From Fimbriimonadaceae bacterium (GTDB lineage: Bacteria; Armatimonadota; Fimbriimonadia; Fimbriimonadales; Fimbriimonadaceae): a DNA stretch of 64,000 nt. This document shows positions 18,216 through 26,022 of this stretch, piece by piece. Each line of letters starts with the position of its first letter. Position 1 is the first letter of the stretch. The notes beneath the pieces were generated by a model. That model did not search any database, was not told the DNA's origin, and was given only the letters and a program-made list of their open reading frames with translations. The stretch lies in assembly GCA_024710805.1 (NCBI GenBank), contig JANJUB010000168.1, positions 929 through 64,928 of the forward strand, read 5' to 3'. Both the position numbers and the translations under genes were made by a program.

Positions 18216-19120
18216 GGCTCGTCTACTTCGGTACGGCTTCCTTTGCCGTCCCCGCGCTTCGAGCTCTCGCCGACCATGTGATCTTGGTCGTGAGCCAACC
18301 CGACCGACCCTCCGGGCGTGGCATGCGCTTGCATCCTTCGCCCGTCAAGCATGCGGCGCTCGAACTTGGTCTCACCTGCGAAACGCCGGAGCGTTCACGC
18401 GCCCCTGAGTTCGTCGCGACTCTTCGCGGACTCGAAGCCGATGCCTTGGTTGTCGCGGCTTACGGCCAGATTCTGAGTGTGGATGTGCTGGAGTCCGCCA
18501 GGCGCGGCGGGATCAATCTGCATGGATCCATCTTGCCCGCGTATCGAGGCGCCGCGCCGATACAGCGCTGCTTGATCAATGGCGATACCGAAACCGGTGT
18601 CACCCTCATGCAGATGGATCGCGGCATGGATACCGGCGACATGATCGATGTTGTGCGGACGCCCGTCGACCCTGACGAAACCTACGGTGCATTACAGGAT
18701 CGGCTTGCGATCCTCGCGGCCGACCTGGCTCGGGATTGGATGCCGCGGATCGTCGCCGGCGATTATCCTCGCACTCCGCAGGATGCCGCCCTCGCGACGA
18801 TGGCCCCGAAGCTCGAGCGCATCGAAGGACAGTTGCGGACCACCATGCCTGCCGTCGAAGCTTACAACCGTTTCCGAGGCGTCACGCCTTCGCCGGGTGC
18901 CTACCTGGAGTCTGATTTCGGTCGGATCAAGATCGCGTCGGCCCGATTGGGCGAGGGCGAAGGGACCCCGGGAACCTACCTCGGTGGCGATGAACTGGCG
19001 TTCGTGGGCGGCTGTTTGCGCTTGAGAGAGGTTCAGCCCGAAGGGCGTGGGCGGATGGCGCTCGGCGCGCTAGCCAACGGCTTACGGTTACGCCCCGGGG
19101 ATGCGCTGGTATCCTCCTAG
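18212..19120 (+). CDS. fmt: Methionyl-tRNA formyltransferase
   Basis: MRLVYFGTASFAVP, SQPDRPSGRG, NLHGSILPAYRGAAPIQ. There is a 4-nt ATGA overlap with def. Confidence 0.93.
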   Translation: MRLVYFGTASFAVPALRALADHVILVVSQPDRPSGRGMRLHPSPVKHAALELGLTCETPERSRAPEFVATLRGLEADALVVAAYGQILSVDVLESARRGGINLHGSILPAYRGAAPIQRCLINGDTETGVTLMQMDRGMDTGDMIDVVRTPVDPDETYGALQDRLAILAADLARDWMPRIVAGDYPRTPQDAALATMAPKLERIEGQLRTTMPAVEAYNRFRGVTPSPGAYLESDFGRIKIASARLGEGEGTPGTYLGGDELAFVGGCLRLREVQPEGRGRMALGALANGLRLRPGDALVSS

Positions 19121-19122
19121 CG

Positions 19123-19725
19123 ATGCCCACGCTCGTTTTGATCCGTCACGGCCAGTCCATTTGGAACCTGCAGAACCGCTTCACCGGCTGGGTCGATGTT
19201 CCGCTCTCCGAGCAAGGCGAGGCCGAGGCGCGGCGCGCCGGCGAGCTCATCCAAGGGCTCCACTTCGATGTGGCATACACCAGCGCTCTTCGCCGTGCTC
19301 AGCACACTTTGGACATCATCCTCGAGACGCGCGGCACTCCGCTCCCGGTCATCCGGGATGCCGCCTTGAACGAGCGCATGTATGGCGATCTGCAGGGTCT
19401 GGATAAGGCCGATACGGTCGCCCGACACGGCGAGGCTCAGGTGCACATCTGGCGGCGCAGCTTCGATGTCGCCCCTCCGAACGGCGAGTCTCTGAAGGAC
19501 ACCGCCGCGCGGACACTTCCCTTCTTTGATCGCTGCATCATGGGCGACATCCGCAAGGGCCGCAATGTGCTCGTAGTCGCCCACGGCAACTCGAACCGCT
19601 CGATCGTGATGGAACTCGACAAGCTCAGCGGCGAGGAGATCATGAAGGTCGAACTGCCGACGGGTCAGCCGCTGGTGTACGAACTCAGCGAGGCAGGCGA
19701 AGTCCTCGAAAAGCGCGTCCTCTAG
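19123..19725 (+). CDS. gpmA: 2,3-bisphosphoglycerate-dependent phosphoglycerate mutase (short form)
   Basis: LIRHGQSIWNLQNRFTGWVDVPLSEQG, ERMYGDLQGL, IWRRSFDVAPPNGESLKD, VVAHGNSNRSIV. Confidence 0.85.
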   Translation: MPTLVLIRHGQSIWNLQNRFTGWVDVPLSEQGEAEARRAGELIQGLHFDVAYTSALRRAQHTLDIILETRGTPLPVIRDAALNERMYGDLQGLDKADTVARHGEAQVHIWRRSFDVAPPNGESLKDTAARTLPFFDRCIMGDIRKGRNVLVVAHGNSNRSIVMELDKLSGEEIMKVELPTGQPLVYELSEAGEVLEKRVL

Positions 19726-19988
19726 GGCAAGTCGCAGCTCTCGTTGACGTTCGGCGTGCCGAAGAGTAGCCACATCTGAACAGCAGCCACCAGTCCGCCG
19801 AGCGCGATGCCCGCCACGCCTAGGAAGCTGCTGCCGAGCACCATCCAGAGCACCCACTGCGCCATCACCGTGACGCCGAACACGAGCGAGACCAGACCCC
19901 AGCCGACGACCATCAGCACCGATGCCCACCACGGCGGGGGCTGAGTCGCCATGTCGATCCACTCTTGCGCTTCGACGCTGTCCGCCAA
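19722..19988 (-). CDS. Small membrane protein: either a separate gene or the C-terminal half of a TGA-interrupted frame (see findings)
   Basis: Two hydrophobic helices (WWASVLMVVGWGLVSLVFGVTVMAQWVLWMVLG...). The track start is TTG at 19988 and the first ATG is at 19952. It is in the same frame as 20070..20303. Confidence 0.45.
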   Translation of the reverse strand: MADSVEAQEWIDMATQPPPWWASVLMVVGWGLVSLVFGVTVMAQWVLWMVLGSSFLGVAGIALGGLVAAVQMWLLFGTPNVNESCDLP

Positions 19989-20069
19989 GTTCGGCTCGTC
20001 GCCGTACTCTTCGTCGAAATCGAACGTCTCCGAGGGGTCCGACGCACCGTCGGACTCATCCGGCGGGGT

Positions 20070-20303
20070 TCACCCGCCGCCTTCAAATTTGCGCGAATAG
20101 CCCATGCCGCAGATGGCCGCCCCGGTCGGCAGCAGCCAGAACGCCAGCCACCCCAATCCGAACGCCTTCCAGATCGCAAACGGCGCTGCCAGCCATACGA
20201 TCGCCGCGAACAGCGCGACCAACGAGAACACGACTTGCCACGTCGCGTAGGATCGCGGACTGCCCATGATGAAGGGCAGAGCAAGCAGTCGCGCTAAGAA
20301 CAT
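20070..20303 (-). CDS. Small membrane protein, 77 aa, ending ...FEGGG-TGA; possibly the N-terminal half of a longer frame
   Basis: Hydrophobic segments with GC3-rich codons. The frame stays open and coding-like immediately after the TGA. Confidence 0.45.
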   Translation of the reverse strand: MFLARLLALPFIMGSPRSYATWQVVFSLVALFAAIVWLAAPFAIWKAFGLGWLAFWLLPTGAAICGMGYSRKFEGGG

Positions 20304-20348
20304 AGCCTATTGTAAGGCACTTGACCTCGGCGTGCGACCAATCTAGCG

Positions 20349-21710
20349 TTAGTGCTTGCCTTGATCAAGATTGAGCATGGTGCCCATCAGCGTCTTCTCG
20401 GCAGTGCCGGCATCGCCGCTCTGGATCGCGCGAAGCGCCATCGTGACCTCTTGCGCTTCCTGATGACGGCCCTCGGCGGTCAGCAGCGCTTGCGTCCGCT
20501 GGAGATCGTTGATCGCCATCGCCGCCGTGAGCTGCTGAGTTTTCAAACCCATGATCGTCTTCTCGACGACTCTCGAAGCCAGCGCCAAATCGCCCGCACT
20601 CTTCACCTTCGGATTCTGCGGAGCGGAGTAGCGAGCCGAGTCCGCCGTGAACTCGATGACAAAGTCGAGGGGGATCGACTCCGTGCGACCGGTCAACGAG
20701 TCATCGTAAGTCAAAGTGCCCTCGGCAACCCGATACCAGCCCAGCGGATGATTCGGGAACTCCAGGTCGAAGACTTGGTCGAGGGTAGCCCCGCGCTCGA
20801 GGTCGGCGAGAGGCACAATGACCTCACGATCGCCGCCGCCACCGTGCGATCGCAGGTTCACCCATCGCGCGAGGCGGAGCTTGAGCGACAGGTTCCTCGC
20901 CGCCACGGTCATCAGCTTCTCGAGTTCCGTTCGGAAGATTTCGGGGAGGAGCTCGGGCCGCGGAACGAAGTAGTAGTTCCCTCCCGCGCGCTTCGCCATT
21001 CCGGCAAGCAGTTCCTCGTTGTAATCCGGACCGAAGCCTAGGAAGGTGACCGTAACCCCCCGACCCTTGATTTCGGAAGCAAACGTGGTCAGTGCCCCGA
21101 AGTCTTTGATGCCGGTCGTCGGGTCGCCATCGCTCAGAACGAGCATCCGCGTGGCCCGATTGGCCTCTGCATAGGTCGCAAGTTGTTGCGCGGCGAGCGC
21201 CATACCGCCATAGAGATCGGTGGTGTTACCCACGGTGAGACGGGCGATGCCGTCCTTGATCACCTGGCGGTTCGTGACCCGCTGCGGCGGCATCAGCAGA
21301 TCGACAACCTCCTCGAAGGTAACGATGCTCAGCACGTCGTCCGGTGACAGCAGATCGACGACATAAGAACAGGCGGCCTTGGCGTATTCGAGCGGGGCTC
21401 CTTCCATCGAACCCGAGCGGTCGATGACCAAGCAGACGTTGAGCGGCGTACGATTACCGGCGGCACCGCCCACGTTTGCCGCCGTCAGCTCAAGAAGAAA
21501 CTGCTCACGGCCCGGCCCATTCGCCATCGCGGCATCCCGCCCCGGGACGATCGATGCTGCGAGGGCCCGATCCGGCACCGCAACGCCCATGGCCGATGTC
21601 CGATTCGGGTCAAACGCACCCATCGCAGCAGTGCGATTGGGATCAACATTGCCCATCGCAGCGGTTCGGTTCGGATCAAAGCCACCCGCAATCGTCTTGT
21701 TCGGATCCAT
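20349..21710 (-). CDS. von Willebrand factor A (VWA) domain protein with N-terminal 11-aa tandem repeats
   Basis: The MIDAS motif sits in VIDRSGSMEG, and a later segment reads LVLSDGDPTTG. N-terminal repeats are of the DPNRTAAMG type. Confidence 0.85.
   Translation of the reverse strand: MDPNKTIAGGFDPNRTAAMGNVDPNRTAAMGAFDPNRTSAMGVAVPDRALAASIVPGRDAAMANGPGREQFLLELTAANVGGAAGNRTPLNVCLVIDRSGSMEGAPLEYAKAACSYVVDLLSPDDVLSIVTFEEVVDLLMPPQRVTNRQVIKDGIARLTVGNTTDLYGGMALAAQQLATYAEANRATRMLVLSDGDPTTGIKDFGALTTFASEIKGRGVTVTFLGFGPDYNEELLAGMAKRAGGNYYFVPRPELLPEIFRTELEKLMTVAARNLSLKLRLARWVNLRSHGGGGDREVIVPLADLERGATLDQVFDLEFPNHPLGWYRVAEGTLTYDDSLTGRTESIPLDFVIEFTADSARYSAPQNPKVKSAGDLALASRVVEKTIMGLKTQQLTAAMAINDLQRTQALLTAEGRHQEAQEVTMALRAIQSGDAGTAEKTLMGTMLNLDQGKH
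21513..21710 (-). repeat. Imperfect 33-bp coding tandem repeat: 4 clear units plus 2 degenerate units
   Basis: The protein reads GGFDPNRTAAM/GNVDPNRTAAM/GAFDPNRTSAM/GVAVPDRALAA/SIVPGRDAAMA. The DNA units are visible as catcgcagc.gt.cg.tt.ggatcaa... Confidence 0.7.
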
Positions 21711-21751
21711 ATGCTTATCCTACACCTTCGGTGAGCAGTACAATCACCCTC

Positions 21752-22474
21752 ATGTCGAGGCGTGCTCCCTTTACGACGGCTTTCTGCGGTTTGGTCGTTC
21801 TGATGTCCGTGCTCGCCACGATGTTCCCCGAGCCGTTGGCCATCCTGCTGTATCAGACGGCCACGCCCAACCCGCTTGCGCTGATTGGGCACATCTTCTT
21901 CAACGATCTCCTCGGAGGAATCTTCTCCGCGCTCGCGCTGTGGTCGGTGGGACAAGTCATCGAGACCGAAACGGGCACCGCCAAGGCCGCAATTTTTGCC
22001 CTCATCATCGCCTTTCTCTCTTGCATCGCGATTCAGCTTGCCGCGGCTTCGCTCGGCAACCCCGGCATGCTGGGCGGGGCGTGGATCGTCGCCGGTGCTT
22101 CGTGGCTGGCGTGGAGTGTCCGGTATCCCAACATGAAGGTGCGCTTCATGTTCGTTGCGGAGATTGAGGGCAAGTGGCTAGGCTTGGTGGGCGTGGTGCT
22201 GGCGATCCTCGCCTTCCGTCCAGCTCAGTTGAGTCCGTTCGCCGCATTACCGCTGGCGTTTGCGTGGGCGTATGCCGCCAACAAGCTGCCGTTCATGCCA
22301 TACGGGCGACCCGTGAAGGCCGTCTCTACGCCCACCGGGCCGCGCGGCATCAAGCCCCCGCGTCCGGATTACTTCGACGACGTGAAGCGGCGCGAGCAAG
22401 AACGCGCCGAGCGAGAACGGCTACGCAAGCTGCTCGAGTCGAGCGTGAACGATGAGCCGAAAGACGACCGTTAA
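21752..22474 (+). CDS. Rhomboid-like polytopic membrane protein with no evident catalytic Ser/His
   Basis: ATG at 21752 (MSRRAPF...). The rhomboid-type TM2 pattern GHIFFNDLLGGIFSALALWSVGQVIETETG is present. The GxSG position reads GGAW, and I found no TM6 His. The tail is charged. Confidence 0.55.
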   Translation: MSRRAPFTTAFCGLVVLMSVLATMFPEPLAILLYQTATPNPLALIGHIFFNDLLGGIFSALALWSVGQVIETETGTAKAAIFALIIAFLSCIAIQLAAASLGNPGMLGGAWIVAGASWLAWSVRYPNMKVRFMFVAEIEGKWLGLVGVVLAILAFRPAQLSPFAALPLAFAWAYAANKLPFMPYGRPVKAVSTPTGPRGIKPPRPDYFDDVKRREQERAERERLRKLLESSVNDEPKDDR

Positions 22475-23622
22475 GCGTTCGGCTTAACGGTCAGTTCCCA
22501 AACGCGGACCATCTTGTCCAATCCGCCCGCAGCAAGGAACTTGCCGTTCGGCGAGAACTCGACGGTCAACATGGGATTCGGACTGGCGTCGATGTTCAGC
22601 TGGCCAAGACCCTTGTCCGCGTTCCACAGCTTCACCGTACCATCACGTCCGGCACTCGCAAACAACCACCCGTTCGGATGGAAGGCCAGAGCCTCGATCG
22701 GCTTGGTGTGACCGAACATCACCTTGTCCAGGTTGCCGTCGGAAAGGCTGAAGATGCGGATCGAAAGGTCGACCGCAGCCACCGCAAGGAACCGTCCGTT
22801 AGGCGAGAACGCCATCGACGTGACCGCCGAGCGAACCGCCTTAAACGTGTGAATGAGATCGCCGTTCGAGGCGTTCCAAAGCTTGACCGTGTTATCCGCT
22901 GAGCCGGTAGCGATTACACGCCCGTCCGCCGACCACGCAACCGCGGTTACGGAACCGTCGTGCTCCTCGCGCTCGACTCGCAGGTCGCCCGTGGCAACCG
23001 TGTTGATCGTCACTGTGTTGTGGATCGAACCGGTGGCAATCGAGGCACCGTCCGGAGAAATCGCGACCGTGCTCACCCACTCCAAGTCGTCCGACTTGTA
23101 GGGTCCGATCAGCCCGTTGCGGACCGTCCACATGCCCACCGAGTTCTCGACCGCGCCAGCGGCGACCAAAACATCGTCGGTGGTGGCTCGGATCGTCGAG
23201 ACGACGCCCGCGTCGATCTTCGCCCGCTTGGTCGGTTCGCTGGCCTCCATGTCCCACCAGAGAATCTCGTTGTCGAAGGCACTGGTGATCAGCTGTCCCG
23301 TACCCGGCGTAAACGCGATCGCGTAGACGGGGGTCTTGTGGCCGGCAAGCTTCCGATGCAACTTAACTTGAAGCGGTCGCTTGGGCTGCTGAGCCGGGGT
23401 CTTCTGCCCGAAGCCGCCCGCAAGCATCGCATCATATTCATTGCGACGTTCGGGGTCGATCAACGTCGAGAAGGCGTCGTTGATCCGCGCCATAACGTCG
23501 TGGCTTTTTGGGTCCGGGTTCACATCGGGATGGAACTTACGGGCGAGCTTTCTATATGCGCGTCGGAGCGATTCTGGTTCGGCAGACTGCTCAACGCCCA
23601 GGATTTCGTAAAGGGTCGGCAA
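22471..23622 (-). CDS. J-domain (DnaJ-like) protein fused to WD40 repeats
   Basis: N-terminus LYEILGV...AYRKLARKFHPDVNPD carries the HPD motif. About 7 WD-like repeats follow (e.g. SADNTVKLWN, GRDGTVKLWN, GLDKMVRVWE). Confidence 0.85.
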   Translation of the reverse strand: MPTLYEILGVEQSAEPESLRRAYRKLARKFHPDVNPDPKSHDVMARINDAFSTLIDPERRNEYDAMLAGGFGQKTPAQQPKRPLQVKLHRKLAGHKTPVYAIAFTPGTGQLITSAFDNEILWWDMEASEPTKRAKIDAGVVSTIRATTDDVLVAAGAVENSVGMWTVRNGLIGPYKSDDLEWVSTVAISPDGASIATGSIHNTVTINTVATGDLRVEREEHDGSVTAVAWSADGRVIATGSADNTVKLWNASNGDLIHTFKAVRSAVTSMAFSPNGRFLAVAAVDLSIRIFSLSDGNLDKVMFGHTKPIEALAFHPNGWLFASAGRDGTVKLWNADKGLGQLNIDASPNPMLTVEFSPNGKFLAAGGLDKMVRVWELTVKPNA

Positions 23623-23739
23623 GGTCTAGATTATGAAAGGTAAGGCCCCCAAATCGAAACCCTTTGGGCCCTTCTTTTCATCTCATTTTTGATCTACGCA
23701 AAAGCAACCCGCGAGATTGCGGGGCTAACATGAGCCCGT

Positions 23740-26022
23740 ATGATGCGTCGCCCGTGGCTATTGCTGCTCTTGCTGCCCCTTGTTCCTCTGTTCAATGTGT
23801 TGAGCCAGGGGCATACGATCGGCCCCTTCGATCAGATTCGTCAGTTCGCGCCATGGCGCGCCGATGAACCCGCTCAACCTTGGGACGTGCTACAAGCCGA
23901 CGGAGCCCTGCAGTTCTATGTGTGGCGTGATCTCGTGCTCGAGTCGTGGTCTCAGTTCCAGTTTCCGTTCTGGAATCCCTACCAGCTTGCGGGCACGCCG
24001 CTCATGGCGAACTCGCAATCCGGCGCGCTCTATCCGCCTCATGTTGTGCTTGGGGTGCTTCACGTGCCCACACCGATCGCAGTGATTGTGCTCGCGTGGC
24101 TGCACCTCGCCCTTGCGGGAGTCGGGACGTACCGATTGGTCAGGGCGCTCGGCGGCACCGAGATGGGCGGCTTGCTAGCTGGCAGCAGCTTCATGCTCTC
24201 TCCGTTCCTTGTTGGATGGACCGTGCTGAGCAGTGTTCCCTCGACCGTCGCATGGATTCCTTGGGCCCTTGCCCTGCTGACCGAAGCAATGCGCGGACAA
24301 CCCCGCCGCTTCTTGGGTCTCGGTCTGGTGGTCGGCATGATGGGGCTCGCTGGACACTTGCAGTTTCTCGCCTATGGGTTGATGGCGTTGCTCGTGTGGG
24401 GGATTTGGCTGGCGGCCGAGGCGCGCAACGTCAGAACGATCGCGGCCGCGGTGCTCGCGGTGGGCGGTGGTTTGGCCCTCGCGGGGCCTCAGCTCATGCC
24501 CGTGGTCAGCTACTCGCAGTTCTCGCACCGGCGCAACTCGCCGACGGCGGAGGGCTACGAGGCTTACGTCTTCAGCGCGATACGGACCTTCGAGTTCGGC
24601 AATCTCGTGAACCCGATGACTTTGGGGAACCCTCGAGAAGCTGAAGAAGACGCCCGCATCTCCACGTACTGGCCAGCGCTGGTCAAGCGCGGCGGCAACT
24701 GGGCGGAGTCTGCCGTCTCGCCGGGTGCCGTCGCCTTGGCTGGACTTTGCTTCCTGCCATTGGTGTTCCGTCGCCTCCGGGGCCAGATCGGCGCCCCGCT
24801 CACGCTCGGCGTGCTCAGCTTGCTCCTCGCCACCGGCACCCCGGTGAACCGCCTCCTCTATTTCGGGGTTCCGGGCTGGTCGTCAACGGGTTCTCCGGGG
24901 CGCATCATCGTGCTCTTTGCGATGATGGGGGCGGTGATAGCCGGTCTGGTCGTCGGCAAACTGCTCACCGTCCACGATCGGCCCAATGCAAAGAAAGTAC
25001 AGCTCGCCACCTTGGTGTTCGCGTTGCTCTCCGTCGCTACGGTCGGCATCGGGATCAACGGTGCGCAAACCCCCGATGGCATCGATCACGGGTTGTTCCA
25101 GGTCCTCGTGTCGCGCGCGACCGCAACCGGCGGACTCATGGCTCTCATCATCGCCGCGATCGCAATCCAGCCTTTCATCTATGGCTTCTTCCGGGGAAGC
25201 ATGCTGAAGCAGTCGGTGATGTGGATCTTCCCCGCCGGCGTTGTAGCGACCGCCCTGCTCGGGGGTATGGGCAAGATCATTCCGTCGGGCAAGCCCTTGG
25301 AGTACCCCCGGTCGAAGAGTTACGAGCGCATCGCCGTTCCGAACGAGAACTGGGGCTTGGTTGTCGCCGCTAAGGGAGCCACCCTTCCGCCGAACACGGC
25401 CACGCTCTTCCGCATCCACGACCTTGCCGGCTACGATTCGCTGCTCCATCGCGACACGGTCGCGATGCTGAACGACATCAACGGGCAGGACTCAGCCCCC
25501 CAAGCAAACGGCAACATCATGTTCATCAAGCCCTCGTTCGACAAGGACAAGTTGGGGGAGGCAGGGGTGACCCAGATGTGGTCCGCCCAGGGCGTGATGG
25601 GACTCGACCCCGGCGACTCCGGCGATGGCGTCTTCCGGCAGCCTGTTCGCGGGCCGGGACGCGTGTCATCCACGGGCGGAGAAGCCAAGATCGTGGGCCA
25701 AACCCTGCGCTCCATTACCGTCGAAGCGGTCGGGCCCGGGACGCTCACCCTGCGCGATCGCAACATGCCGGGGTGGTCGGCGTCGGTCAATGGAACACCC
25801 GCGCCGATCCAAGGCGATCGATGGCGCGAGGTGGCGTTGCCGGATGGCAATGCCACGGTCGTCTTCACGTACACGCCACCCGGATTCGGCACCGGATTCA
25901 TCCTGTTCTTCGTCGGCCTCGCCGCTACTTACCTAGCGACCCGGCTCGGAACGGGAACGAGCGAACCTGCGGCAGATGATGAAGCGTCGGAAGCGCCGGA
26001 TGACGAGCTTGCTTCGGTTTAG
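23740..26022 (+). CDS. YfhO-like polytopic membrane protein (putative glycosyl-transfer or glycopolymer-modification family)
   Basis: 760 aa with many TM helices. The N-terminal pattern WNPYQLAGTPLMANSQSGALYPPH is typical of YfhO-family proteins. Assignment is from memory only. Confidence 0.65.
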   Translation: MMRRPWLLLLLLPLVPLFNVLSQGHTIGPFDQIRQFAPWRADEPAQPWDVLQADGALQFYVWRDLVLESWSQFQFPFWNPYQLAGTPLMANSQSGALYPPHVVLGVLHVPTPIAVIVLAWLHLALAGVGTYRLVRALGGTEMGGLLAGSSFMLSPFLVGWTVLSSVPSTVAWIPWALALLTEAMRGQPRRFLGLGLVVGMMGLAGHLQFLAYGLMALLVWGIWLAAEARNVRTIAAAVLAVGGGLALAGPQLMPVVSYSQFSHRRNSPTAEGYEAYVFSAIRTFEFGNLVNPMTLGNPREAEEDARISTYWPALVKRGGNWAESAVSPGAVALAGLCFLPLVFRRLRGQIGAPLTLGVLSLLLATGTPVNRLLYFGVPGWSSTGSPGRIIVLFAMMGAVIAGLVVGKLLTVHDRPNAKKVQLATLVFALLSVATVGIGINGAQTPDGIDHGLFQVLVSRATATGGLMALIIAAIAIQPFIYGFFRGSMLKQSVMWIFPAGVVATALLGGMGKIIPSGKPLEYPRSKSYERIAVPNENWGLVVAAKGATLPPNTATLFRIHDLAGYDSLLHRDTVAMLNDINGQDSAPQANGNIMFIKPSFDKDKLGEAGVTQMWSAQGVMGLDPGDSGDGVFRQPVRGPGRVSSTGGEAKIVGQTLRSITVEAVGPGTLTLRDRNMPGWSASVNGTPAPIQGDRWREVALPDGNATVVFTYTPPGFGTGFILFFVGLAATYLATRLGTGTSEPAADDEASEAPDDELASV

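Noticed and set aside
23645-23700. Short stem (cccaaa...tttggg) followed by a T-rich run, resembling a terminator
   Set aside because: It lies in the divergent promoter region between the J-WD40 gene start (23622, minus) and the YfhO-like gene start (23740, plus). No co-directional gene ends upstream of it. The stem is only 6 bp.
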